Shown piece by piece: positions 29,469 to 38,791 of a stretch of DNA of 64,000 nucleotides (positions are counted from its first letter, which is position 1; every line of letters begins with the position of its first letter). The translations under genes and the position numbers were made by a program. This DNA comes from a virus. The DNA is taken from IMG/VR virus record IMGVR_UViG_3300025151_000018, positions 36,889 to 100,888 of that record. One strand, 5' to 3'. The notes under the pieces were generated by a model that saw nothing but the letters and a program-made list of their open reading frames with translations, was not told the origin of the DNA and did no database searches.

Positions 29469-32400
29469 GCCATTTGGGGTTGATCGGGTTGTGGTGGGGG
29501 TAATTGCGGTTCTTCTGGTTCTTCAAGCGGGGTCTTAACCTTAGCCTCTTTTTCGGCTTCACGCTTTGTTTTTTGAGGGAATGAAAGCGTTGCTTCGCCA
29601 CCCTCAACCTCTAACTCTCCCTCAACCTCTTCGCCTAAATTGTTAGTGCTTTGTAATGAAATGTGCAGGGCTTGTTGTATTTGCTCTCCATCTTCCTGTT
29701 GATATGGGTCAAACATAGGTGTGGCTTCTTCATCAATCAATTCAGTCGGCCCTCTTGGTGCAGTTAGCATATCCATTTCACCAGACCAACCGCCCCCGGT
29801 CATAGCCCCAGATATGCGAGCCATATTCATGCCCTGCTTCTCTTGAACATCATCGTCTATGGCTTCATTGACAGTCCATTCGCCTTCATCTGTGCGCTCT
29901 AAACCAAATTCACCGCCCTTTTCATTTAGATCTTCTTCTGTCAATCCATCAATCTCTGATAGCAATTGTTCAGTAGTCAGCGATTCATCGGTATTAGCAA
30001 TATGCCTTCTTGCTGCTACTAACAAATTAGATGATTCTCTTGGATCACCTGATGGGTCTAATAATTCAGCACGAGTAAATAGCATACTCCCATGATTTGA
30101 GATGAAAGGTGGATAAGGTGTAATCTCTTTAATGTCATACTTGAATAGATGCGCTGCAACAGGCCCCCAGATTGATACCTGCTTTTCAGCGTGTTTTGCT
30201 AAGGGAGTATCATCATCAATCTGTAAATCTAATCCGTTGCCATCCCATTCAGCCTTTACTACAAGTGGATTTAACTCTGCATATTCCAATACTATGTTGC
30301 CGTTTATGCGAGAAACATAAGGTAATGCGCTCTTTGTAATATCACCATCAGGCGCATACAACACCCACTTGTGGTGTGATTCTTTACCTTTCATAAATGT
30401 TGAAGTAGCATCTCTTAACCATACTTCACCACCTATTGCATCAATGTTTTTTACCAATCCATCACGATCTGTAAATTTGCAATCCTTCGGCATTGGGAAT
30501 GAAATGCCCTCATCTGTTTCATACAGGGTGCGAAGGATAGATAACCTATCTTCTAAAGCATCCATGTGTATATCTTCACCTTTGTGAACCAACAAATCAA
30601 TTGCTCGGTAATGCTTTCCTTTCAATACACCGTCAAAGGTGCAATCACCAGATTGCTTTCGCAATCCTTCTTTGACTTCTTTTGGTAATGATACGCTCTG
30701 CCCTTTACCATTATGTGCTGATATATGGCTACCACTTTTTGATACTATGACTCTTTTACCCTCTGGTCGGCTTTGGATAACCCAATTGCCTGTGAAGCCT
30801 TTGAGATCATCAATATCGCCAATGTCATACACAGTATGTGCAGGGTTGATGATGGTCTTGAAAACGCCCGTTGCTTCATAATCATCGTTTGATTTATACA
30901 AATCACCACTTACAATATGTGCAAGTCCATCTTCATTTTGTGTGAATAGTGCTGGCACATCAGTTTGCTTAGGTTGCATTGGGTGATTGAGAATTGTTGG
31001 ATTAACCATGTTCACATGGTTTTCATGGACTGTTGTTTGTAATGTATCAAATGGTTTGTCTTTAACATCAAAGCGAACAGTATTGTTAGCCCTATCCCAT
31101 TTCCACGCAAGTGTTGCTGGCATTTTATGACCCCAAGCATCAAGATTACCCGGTAAATGTGTCGGTGGGTGTGTGGCGTGTGATGAATGGTGAACAGGAC
31201 CGATAGCGACTTCTCTTGGTATTAGCCCACCTGCGCTTGGCATAGGTGCAGTAGTCTTGTAATCTGGATTTTCACCACGCATTAACATATAATTCGCAGC
31301 CTGTGCTAATTGTTGGATATTGCCACGAGCAACGGACAACCCCCTAATATCACCGGGTTTAGTGTTGAATAATTCTGGATATTGCTCTTGTAATTTCATA
31401 GCCATCTCTTGCATCATCTTTCCTTGATTCTTATCCGATGCTTGGTAATGTGGGTTGTGATAAGACCAATACTCTTCATCAGCAGGGTGTCTTTCAGCAA
31501 ACCTGCCAACTCTCGGCATTCCTAAATCGGTGTGCATTTGCACTATGTTAGCAAGTGGCTCTTGTCGCATAGCATCAGAAGGAACGGTCATTAGCCCTCC
31601 CTTTCCTTGTATTTCACTTGGGTGCAAATGGTGGTGATTAGATACCGCAGCCCATGTGCCTCTCCTTGCATTGATGCTACGGGTTCTTGGATGTTCCGAG
31701 CCAGCCTCCCAACCTGTATGCAAAGCAAACCTGTGCGGGTGGTCTTTCAGCGTTTCGTCATTAACCGTAGCGGGAAAGTGAGATGAGCCTATGCCATGAT
31801 GAGAATCCTCTGGGTCATTGATTGGGTGATCTTCATGGTGTAATACGCCTAACATTTGGTCGCCCAACCAACCGTTAAACGCTTCAGGATATGAATCACG
31901 CATTAGTCTAACAAAGGAATTGACATCTCTCCCTACACCGCCCCAATGCTGAAACGGTTGCCACCAATGGTGTGTAAATGAAGGCAATAGTGTTCCGGGT
32001 TCGGCTTCGGTCATCCAATTATGAAGATGTGTTGCTTTAGCCCAAGGCGACTTCATCTCTTCAAGTCCACCTTCTTCACTTGATGCTGATACAGGGCCAT
32101 GCCTGTGTTGTGGTCTGGCCCACCATCTTGCCATAGGTATCATTCTTTCAAACCAATTTCTCTTAGCCCTATCCCATGACATACCTGTTGCTGCTTTGAA
32201 ATCATTTCTAATTTTCTTAGCCTCTGGTGAATCATAACTTTCTGTGCCACCTAATTTACGCAAAGCACCCATAAAAGCATCGGTTTGGTCTTTCGTTTGC
32301 CATTCTGTGCCAAACAAATATGACAACAATCCCAAACGAGATGTGCGACCATTCCATTCCTGTCGCTTCAACTCTTCATACTCTTCATCGGATAAGTAGC

Positions 32401-32965
32401 CATTCCTCCCTTCACGGTCAGCAACATACAAATCTTTCAATGACTCCGTTGGGTGTCCTACAAATTCCTTCATTGACTTTGGGATATGACCCATGCGCTC
32501 GGCTTCGTGCATGTGGTCTATCATTGCTTTACCATCTTCATCTTTTTCAATTAAATGCAATAAGTGATCAACATAGTGCGGGTCGCCCCATTGCGCCCCA
32601 TGTAGCAAGGGGCATGAAGGTAATTCAAATGAAAGTGGGTGTCTGTCGCCATACGGGTTATCGTCATGTGCTTGAGGCCAATCCTCCGCATAACTCGTGC
32701 TAAACCTCCTATTTGGCAAATAAGTCATATCATTTGGTAATGATAAATTGCTTAGTGGATTGGGTTTGTTTAGATCACGCATCTTATACTGTGATGGTGT
32801 TGGCATAAGACCCGCTAACAAAGCGGAATCTTGCTTCTCTAAATTATCAAAACTACCGTAGTATTCTTTTACGGCTTTGACAAACTTATCCGTATCAACA
32901 GGGTTGTTTGTGATGAAAGACAGAGCAGTATCTGTTCTTATTCTTACTAACTCTGTTTTATCCAT
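29465..32965 (-). CDS. large head-module protein with degenerate ATP-dependent ligase (nucleotidyltransferase) domain
   Basis: WVIQSRPEGKRV...CTFDGVL...YRAIDLL...LEDRLSIL...VWLRDATS...KWV follows the order of ligase motifs I-V; His/Trp-rich N-terminal region unassigned. Confidence 0.7.
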   Translation of the reverse strand: MDKTELVRIRTDTALSFITNNPVDTDKFVKAVKEYYGSFDNLEKQDSALLAGLMPTPSQYKMRDLNKPNPLSNLSLPNDMTYLPNRRFSTSYAEDWPQAHDDNPYGDRHPLSFELPSCPLLHGAQWGDPHYVDHLLHLIEKDEDGKAMIDHMHEAERMGHIPKSMKEFVGHPTESLKDLYVADREGRNGYLSDEEYEELKRQEWNGRTSRLGLLSYLFGTEWQTKDQTDAFMGALRKLGGTESYDSPEAKKIRNDFKAATGMSWDRAKRNWFERMIPMARWWARPQHRHGPVSASSEEGGLEEMKSPWAKATHLHNWMTEAEPGTLLPSFTHHWWQPFQHWGGVGRDVNSFVRLMRDSYPEAFNGWLGDQMLGVLHHEDHPINDPEDSHHGIGSSHFPATVNDETLKDHPHRFALHTGWEAGSEHPRTRSINARRGTWAAVSNHHHLHPSEIQGKGGLMTVPSDAMRQEPLANIVQMHTDLGMPRVGRFAERHPADEEYWSYHNPHYQASDKNQGKMMQEMAMKLQEQYPELFNTKPGDIRGLSVARGNIQQLAQAANYMLMRGENPDYKTTAPMPSAGGLIPREVAIGPVHHSSHATHPPTHLPGNLDAWGHKMPATLAWKWDRANNTVRFDVKDKPFDTLQTTVHENHVNMVNPTILNHPMQPKQTDVPALFTQNEDGLAHIVSGDLYKSNDDYEATGVFKTIINPAHTVYDIGDIDDLKGFTGNWVIQSRPEGKRVIVSKSGSHISAHNGKGQSVSLPKEVKEGLRKQSGDCTFDGVLKGKHYRAIDLLVHKGEDIHMDALEDRLSILRTLYETDEGISFPMPKDCKFTDRDGLVKNIDAIGGEVWLRDATSTFMKGKESHHKWVLYAPDGDITKSALPYVSRINGNIVLEYAELNPLVVKAEWDGNGLDLQIDDDTPLAKHAEKQVSIWGPVAAHLFKYDIKEITPYPPFISNHGSMLFTRAELLDPSGDPRESSNLLVAARRHIANTDESLTTEQLLSEIDGLTEEDLNEKGGEFGLERTDEGEWTVNEAIDDDVQEKQGMNMARISGAMTGGGWSGEMDMLTAPRGPTELIDEEATPMFDPYQQEDGEQIQQALHISLQSTNNLGEEVEGELEVEGGEATLSFPQKTKREAEKEAKVKTPLEEPEEPQLPPPQPDQPQMA

Positions 32966-32979
32966 GTTTTCACCCCTTA

Positions 32980-34074
32980 TCAGAGGCGACTCATTAACAC
33001 TTCTAACTCCGAAGCGATTTGCTCAACCAGACCCGGATTGCCGTAGCCACCTGCTTTTTTCAACTGCATCATGCTTTCTTCAACGGTTGAACGATAATTG
33101 TAATTGTCATGTTCACCAGCATTGTTTAGGTGCATGTGCATACTGCTGCCATTAACATCATAACTTGTCTTAGCAAAAGCAGGTATCTTTGCTTTTTCAG
33201 AGATTGGTGATATAGAAGGTGCTTTTTCTGTGAAGAATGGCATTGTTCCGTTGGTATGATAATTGATTGCCTCAACAGGTATTCCCCCGCTATGTGCCAT
33301 GAATGTCGGAACAGAGTTTTCAACAGATGGTTCTTGTTCCCACTTTGTCATAATGCCCTTTGAGCGCAAAAACTCGGTTGTTTTGTCAATCTTAGTCTTG
33401 TTGCCTTTACCGCCTTTGAGTTTAGGTGGTTCTCTCTGTCCTCTGTCAGATTTGTATGAGCCTGTTTCCTTGCCTTTGCTTTGACTCTCTTTGATTTTGT
33501 CAGCAATTGCACCCTCCCATTCCTCAATCTTTCCATTCTTATTGCGATCTGCTTCTTTGCCATGCTTATGGTCGCTCGCATATTTACCCATTTTATTCAT
33601 GTATGGTGAATCATAAGGTTCTTCCTTTGGTGTGAATGGGTTTGGCATTGGTTTTTGCTCTCGCTTGTATGGGTTTTCCTTTTCCTTTGTTGGATCGTAT
33701 GGCTTGTATGGTTCTCGCATATCCTTCGGCATATCCTGTGGTCTTTTTTCACCACGAGGATCATACGGATTGCCTTTAGTCAAGTTGCCACAATGCTTGT
33801 CGCATCGTGCTTTTTGTTCTGGTGTGCATTCGGAATAGTTGCAACCGAAGGTCTTTTGGCAGTATTTGTTCTTTTCAACCATACTTGCCTTTTCCATGTA
33901 GTTGCCCTTATCATCGGATTTGCAACCACCCATGCAATTCATGTTCTTGCACATACTGTTTTTGCACATACCCGCTTTCTCGGTCTGTTTGACAATAGCC
34001 GACTCAAGTTGTTTTACAATTAGCAGTAATTCGCCTTCGGGAGTTTGCATTGGGTCTTTCCATCGTGGTTGCAT
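32980..34074 (-). CDS. Lys/Cys-rich putative internal head protein
   Basis: Likely start MQPRWKDP (ATG 34074, GGTGA RBS). Many hydrophobic-x-K motifs; DRNKNGKIEEWE is an EF-hand-like loop. Confidence 0.6.
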   Translation of the reverse strand: MQPRWKDPMQTPEGELLLIVKQLESAIVKQTEKAGMCKNSMCKNMNCMGGCKSDDKGNYMEKASMVEKNKYCQKTFGCNYSECTPEQKARCDKHCGNLTKGNPYDPRGEKRPQDMPKDMREPYKPYDPTKEKENPYKREQKPMPNPFTPKEEPYDSPYMNKMGKYASDHKHGKEADRNKNGKIEEWEGAIADKIKESQSKGKETGSYKSDRGQREPPKLKGGKGNKTKIDKTTEFLRSKGIMTKWEQEPSVENSVPTFMAHSGGIPVEAINYHTNGTMPFFTEKAPSISPISEKAKIPAFAKTSYDVNGSSMHMHLNNAGEHDNYNYRSTVEESMMQLKKAGGYGNPGLVEQIASELEVLMSRL

Positions 34075-34078
34075 AATA

Positions 34079-34426
34079 TCACCTGTATGTTTTTGCTGAC
34101 GGTGAAGATGGTGCAGGTATAGCCTGTTCCATCTGTCGCCATTCATGTATTTCTTCATCTCTGCTCTTAGAGATCATGTCTTGATTAAATCCGAATATCT
34201 GTTCATCACCATTTGACCTGTTCAATGGGTCATAGGCTTCATCAGCCATAGGTGTGATTGCCTTTAGCCAACCTGCTTTACGCATCATTGTTTCTGGGTC
34301 ATCAACCGCTTTGATAAGTGAATTGTTGTTTGATTCTAATTGCTCAACACGCTTTCTAAGGACACGGATTTCTTCAACCATTTCCTTTAGCAAGTCTGCC
34401 GTTGCCTCTCCGATTTCCTCTGACAT
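34079..34426 (-). CDS. coiled-coil head-module protein
   Basis: Likely start MSEEIG at 34426; heptad pattern LLKEMVEEIRVLRKRVEQLE. Confidence 0.6.
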   Translation of the reverse strand: MSEEIGEATADLLKEMVEEIRVLRKRVEQLESNNNSLIKAVDDPETMMRKAGWLKAITPMADEAYDPLNRSNGDEQIFGFNQDMISKSRDEEIHEWRQMEQAIPAPSSPSAKTYR

Positions 34427-34427
34427 A

Positions 34428-35006
34428 TCACATTCCTCCCATTGGGCCAGCGTTAGCCATTCCACCGGGCATACCAGCAGGACCGGGTGATGGCATATTC
34501 ATAGGTGGCATTTCACCCTGTGCTGCCATCATAGGATCCATACCTGCTGCACCATGACTCACCATTGCTGCGTGTTGTTGGCGAATTATTTTGACCTTTC
34601 TTGCTATTCCTTCAACATCGTTTCGTAGTATAGTGATTGCCTCACTAAAAGCATCAGGCATATCCATTTGCAAGTTATCCATAGTTGCTTGCATATCAAC
34701 CGTTCCAACATGGTTAGTTAGGTCTGTTGCAATCTTTGTCAAACGCTCATGCACATCAGCCAACGCTTCTTCATTTGAACCATATACTGTGCCATTCTGT
34801 GCAGCCATCATCTCATCTGGTGTTGGCTCTCCCATTGGTGGTGAAGGTGGTGGTGTCATAGGCGGTGAAACTTGACCGGGCATGGCTGCGCTTTGACCGC
34901 CTTCTCCACCACCCGATGTTGGCCCTTCCTCTTGCTTTCGCAATAGAGTCGCTTTGAAATCTAAGACTCTCATGCGGTCAGCAATTGAAGGACTACCTCT
35001 ATACAT
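34428..35006 (-). CDS. Pro/Met-rich helical head-module protein
   Basis: 192-aa ORF in the tightly packed portal-protease interval. Confidence 0.6.
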   Translation of the reverse strand: MYRGSPSIADRMRVLDFKATLLRKQEEGPTSGGGEGGQSAAMPGQVSPPMTPPPSPPMGEPTPDEMMAAQNGTVYGSNEEALADVHERLTKIATDLTNHVGTVDMQATMDNLQMDMPDAFSEAITILRNDVEGIARKVKIIRQQHAAMVSHGAAGMDPMMAAQGEMPPMNMPSPGPAGMPGGMANAGPMGGM

Positions 35007-35015
35007 TGTAAATCA

Positions 35016-35399
35016 CTACTCTGATTGTGGTCGCCAATGATTTCTTCGCCCCATGCGAGATACACCAAGCACTACTGCACCTTCTGTGCCATCATAATCG
35101 CTGGTTGTTTGACTGTGTTGTGAAATGTTGCCTAATGGCAATCCTTGACCGAGAATTTCAGTAGTGGTATCGCTTTTACGGATTTCACCTGCCTTTTGTA
35201 ATGATTTTTGCAAATTCAAATCACGCTCAAGAACCGCCAATGCGTTCTTAGCCTCTTCAATGTGCTTTGCTACATCATCTAAGTTGTTATGTGCTATTGC
35301 AGTTTGCATAGCCTCCATACTTGCAGTTGCCCTTCTTGCCATTGGATCCATTTTCGCCAATAATCCAAAATCCATAAAACCTTCCGTCATGCCAATCAA
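35016..35399 (-). CDS. helical head-module protein
   Basis: About 125 aa; start may be ATG at ~35390 (MTEGF). Confidence 0.6.
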   Translation of the reverse strand: MIGMTEGFMDFGLLAKMDPMARRATASMEAMQTAIAHNNLDDVAKHIEEAKNALAVLERDLNLQKSLQKAGEIRKSDTTTEILGQGLPLGNISQHSQTTSDYDGTEGAVVLGVSRMGRRNHWRPQSE

Positions 35400-35436
35400 C
35401 CTATCCGATACCTTTCAACTTATTGAATATAACCCC

Positions 35437-37224
35437 TCAATCTAACCCCAAACGGTCATCTAAGTCCTTAATTTTCCTATCCGCATTAACTTCTTCTGGT
35501 GAACGGAAATCTCGCATATCACCAAGACTACCTGCTTGCTTAGGCGCACCAGAATGTCGCTTTACATGATCAGGAGATTGACCCGCACCCCTGCGCTTCA
35601 ATGCAATTTGTGAATTTAACCCAAGTCGCCTCATAGGTGGCAATTCTGTTCCCATTGTAGTCCTAACAGATTCAGGCACAGGGCCACCGTCATTTCTATT
35701 GGAGTCCATCACAGTCCTTTTGAGAATGTCGCTCATAGTCGGAGGCATTACCCAATCGCTCGTTTGAACAGGTGCGCCCCCTTGTGCGGGTGCTGCATCA
35801 GGTGGTGGTGTCGGTGCAGGTGGTGCTTCTTTGTAATCAAAGTGAATACCCGCACTTGTATCATCACGCATAGTAGCCTCAAACCCTGCCTGTTTCATTT
35901 GCATCATGTTGCGTATCATCATCTCATCTTTACGCATCATCATAATTTCATCTTCTTCTTCATGTGGTGCTAATTTCATGTGCCATTCTGTAATTTGTAA
36001 TGCTTCAAGTAAAAGAGGGAATAGTCGGTTGTTGTAAAGCATTTGACTTGCTGCCAATGCTCTATTGGTCACCACAATTTGCATACCCTCATTGTTTAGA
36101 CCACCGCCAGATACATCATTCATAAATACATTTGATACGCCAAAGAATGATGAAATCCTCTGTCTTATGTCATCTTTGATAGGGATATATTGCAATTCTT
36201 CAAGGGTGTCCATCATTCGCACATATTCAAGACCACCACGCCCCGATTCGGTTTCAACACCGATTGTCGGTATATATTGAGGATCACGCTCAAGGTGTTC
36301 CTGTATGTTTCTTGCCGTTCTCTCCACAGTTTCAAGATTTGAAGATTTGATAACCATAACCCCTCTCGGCATACGCCTCTTTTGATAGGCTGCATAAACA
36401 TAGTTATCCATAGCAATTAGAGTATTGACTTGTCGCCAAAGTGTAGCAACAGGAGAGCGACCATAGAGTTTAGATGGCGACCACTTACTAATGTGAATTA
36501 CCTCTCCTTCGGTATAGACTTGGCCTGTGCCGACACCAGCCAAATTCATGTAATGAATAGGAACAACAGGCAACCCGGTCTTAGGGCATTTTTCATTTTT
36601 GTCGCCTGTTCTAAATGACCTGTCTAACAGGCTTGTGTATTGCTTGCCACCTTTCATACCACGCTTATCAGCAACAATACGCATGAAAATAGGGTCAGCA
36701 CGAGTTATCTCTTTGATACGGTAAAACTGTGGTTTGCCACTTGTTGGATCAACAAAGTATTCCTTTGTTAGAATAATATAAGCATCATCAACTATGTTCA
36801 AATCCATTTCTATTTCACGCAATACCTCAAGGAATGATTGCCCCATACGGTTCTCACTTTCAAGTAATACCTTTGCATAGTCTAATTGCTCTTTGTTTGG
36901 TGGCCTAACTTCACCACCACATTCGGTGCAAGTTTCAACTTCTTTTTGATATTCATGGTCGCAATCCCTACACTTCATCACAAAGTTTGGTTTCCAATCC
37001 CACCCCTTTCTAAAGCATTCAGTAGCCAAGTGGTTGAGGATAGATCGCAAAACAAGACATTCGTATGCTGCTGCATACAAAGCAGGGATAGTGATACCCT
37101 GCAACAACGGTGGTTCTTGCACACCAGAAGTGAATAGTGGCATCTCTGGGGTTGGTGTGCTATGGCGTTCCATATCCACGCCCAATGCTGAAAACAATCT
37201 TTCAATTCGTTTTTTATCAGCCAT
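35437..37224 (-). CDS. portal protein (with Zn-ribbon insertion)
   Basis: EVIHISKWSPSKLYGRSPV, MPRGVMVI, IRQRISSFFGVSNVFM portal motifs; CRDC...CTEC insert; GGTGA RBS. Confidence 0.9.
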   Translation of the reverse strand: MADKKRIERLFSALGVDMERHSTPTPEMPLFTSGVQEPPLLQGITIPALYAAAYECLVLRSILNHLATECFRKGWDWKPNFVMKCRDCDHEYQKEVETCTECGGEVRPPNKEQLDYAKVLLESENRMGQSFLEVLREIEMDLNIVDDAYIILTKEYFVDPTSGKPQFYRIKEITRADPIFMRIVADKRGMKGGKQYTSLLDRSFRTGDKNEKCPKTGLPVVPIHYMNLAGVGTGQVYTEGEVIHISKWSPSKLYGRSPVATLWRQVNTLIAMDNYVYAAYQKRRMPRGVMVIKSSNLETVERTARNIQEHLERDPQYIPTIGVETESGRGGLEYVRMMDTLEELQYIPIKDDIRQRISSFFGVSNVFMNDVSGGGLNNEGMQIVVTNRALAASQMLYNNRLFPLLLEALQITEWHMKLAPHEEEDEIMMMRKDEMMIRNMMQMKQAGFEATMRDDTSAGIHFDYKEAPPAPTPPPDAAPAQGGAPVQTSDWVMPPTMSDILKRTVMDSNRNDGGPVPESVRTTMGTELPPMRRLGLNSQIALKRRGAGQSPDHVKRHSGAPKQAGSLGDMRDFRSPEEVNADRKIKDLDDRLGLD

Positions 37225-38791
37225 TAGTAATCACCTGCGCCCATTCGTCTATTGTATCTTCTGACACATTCCACTTCTTTAATAACTCAACTTGCATTTC
37301 AGGATTGTTTTCATACGCCAAGATTCTCCCTGCGTTTGTATCACCTTTCATAGCAGCAACCAAAATACTCGCCTCTCGCTTTTTCTCAATTAGATACGGT
37401 ATGGCTTGCTCTGCTGCCTTTTCAAAGGTATTAGAACCTTCAAAGACAAACTGATTGCCCTCCCAACTAATACCACCTACACCCAATCTCTGTTTTAATA
37501 CCACAGTATAATCTTCTCCACGCTTTGTGTTAAAAGGCAGGGTTAGGCGTGGTGCGCCTGTTGCAGTAAAGTCCACAGAACCATCAACTTCCCACAGGTT
37601 GCCAATGAAAGAATCAATCTTTTTGAGGAAAATAGGTGGCTTAGGTGTATCATAGTATAGTGTCCTATCGTCATGCTTTGTTCCACGACCAACCACATTT
37701 ACATCATACAAGTAGCCGTATGACTTAATCAAAGAGCCAATTTCTGATGATGAGCCATTAACACCGTTTGCTGATAATGCTTGACTATTCATCATACCAT
37801 GCTTTGTCAATACATCATAACATTCTTTGAGTATTCCTCTTTCTCTTCGGCTTAGTCTGTTTTCAGCATCAAGACGACTGTGCCATTTATCCCAAATCTC
37901 TTGCTTTTGGATTTCCGTATCAGACTTCTTTACACCAACAATGGTTTGCCTTAATGGTAATTCTAATCGATCAGGGTGCATAACAAGCATATTGAAATCA
38001 TTATCTTTCAATTGCAACATATCCCAATCTTGGTCTTGCCACCAATCAAACTGCTTTAGAACCGCTTTTTGCTCTTCTCGCAACAAATCAACAATTGATG
38101 TCGCCATCTCTGTTTCGCCACCCTTCTCTAACAAATCTATCAATTCAGGGCCATTTATACCAAAGTTATCCATAAAGAATGATTTGCTAACTTGAACCAC
38201 AGGAGGGGCATCTGTTCCCGGTTGTTCAGTCGGTGAACCTGCCCCTTCATTACCATCAAGACCGCCTATGGCTTTACCAGCAGTAGCAACGGCTGGCATA
38301 GGCGCATTTTGTTGCGCTTCTTGCGGTGCGGGGGCTTTCGCTGCCTGTTGTTCCATAGTCGCCAATTCAGCCTGTGCCTGTTGCAACTCTTGTTCTTTTT
38401 GCTGAACTTTCTGTTGAGCCGATGAAACTGCTGCGTCATTCCCATCTCCACCACCAATAGCATTACTTGCCACACTACCTACTGATGAAAGTGCATTACC
38501 TGCTGCACTTGTAGCAGTTTGCGCTGCTGAACCAACTGCATCGGTTGCTGCACCTACTGCTTTACCTGCTGCCTTAGCACCGAGTTTAGCAGCACCAACA
38601 CCAGCCTTAACACCAGCCTTAGCACCTTGATAAGCGACCTTGCCACCTATTTTCGCTGCTTGCAAACCAGCCTTAGCACCGAGTTTAGCAGCACCTAATC
38701 CGACCCTACCTGCACCCGCAGCAACTGCACCGAGTATTTTCTCAATGGAGTCATCCATAGTGCGAATGTCTGGATCGTATTCAACTCTCAT
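37217..38791 (-). CDS. multidomain protein: Ala/Gly-rich N-terminus, wHTH-like middle, degenerate LAGLIDADG-like C-terminus
   Basis: FIGNLWEVDGSV...LKQRLGVGGI...AIPYLIEKKREA resembles a single LAGLIDADG domain; located between TerL and portal. Confidence 0.55.
   Translation of the reverse strand: MRVEYDPDIRTMDDSIEKILGAVAAGAGRVGLGAAKLGAKAGLQAAKIGGKVAYQGAKAGVKAGVGAAKLGAKAAGKAVGAATDAVGSAAQTATSAAGNALSSVGSVASNAIGGGDGNDAAVSSAQQKVQQKEQELQQAQAELATMEQQAAKAPAPQEAQQNAPMPAVATAGKAIGGLDGNEGAGSPTEQPGTDAPPVVQVSKSFFMDNFGINGPELIDLLEKGGETEMATSIVDLLREEQKAVLKQFDWWQDQDWDMLQLKDNDFNMLVMHPDRLELPLRQTIVGVKKSDTEIQKQEIWDKWHSRLDAENRLSRRERGILKECYDVLTKHGMMNSQALSANGVNGSSSEIGSLIKSYGYLYDVNVVGRGTKHDDRTLYYDTPKPPIFLKKIDSFIGNLWEVDGSVDFTATGAPRLTLPFNTKRGEDYTVVLKQRLGVGGISWEGNQFVFEGSNTFEKAAEQAIPYLIEKKREASILVAAMKGDTNAGRILAYENNPEMQVELLKKWNVSEDTIDEWAQVITNG

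Noticed and set aside
38571-38695. ~25-bp direct repeat CCTTAGCACCGAGTTTAGCAGCACC
   Set aside because: In-frame duplication of GAAKLGAKA within a low-complexity coding region; no sign of att site or DGR.
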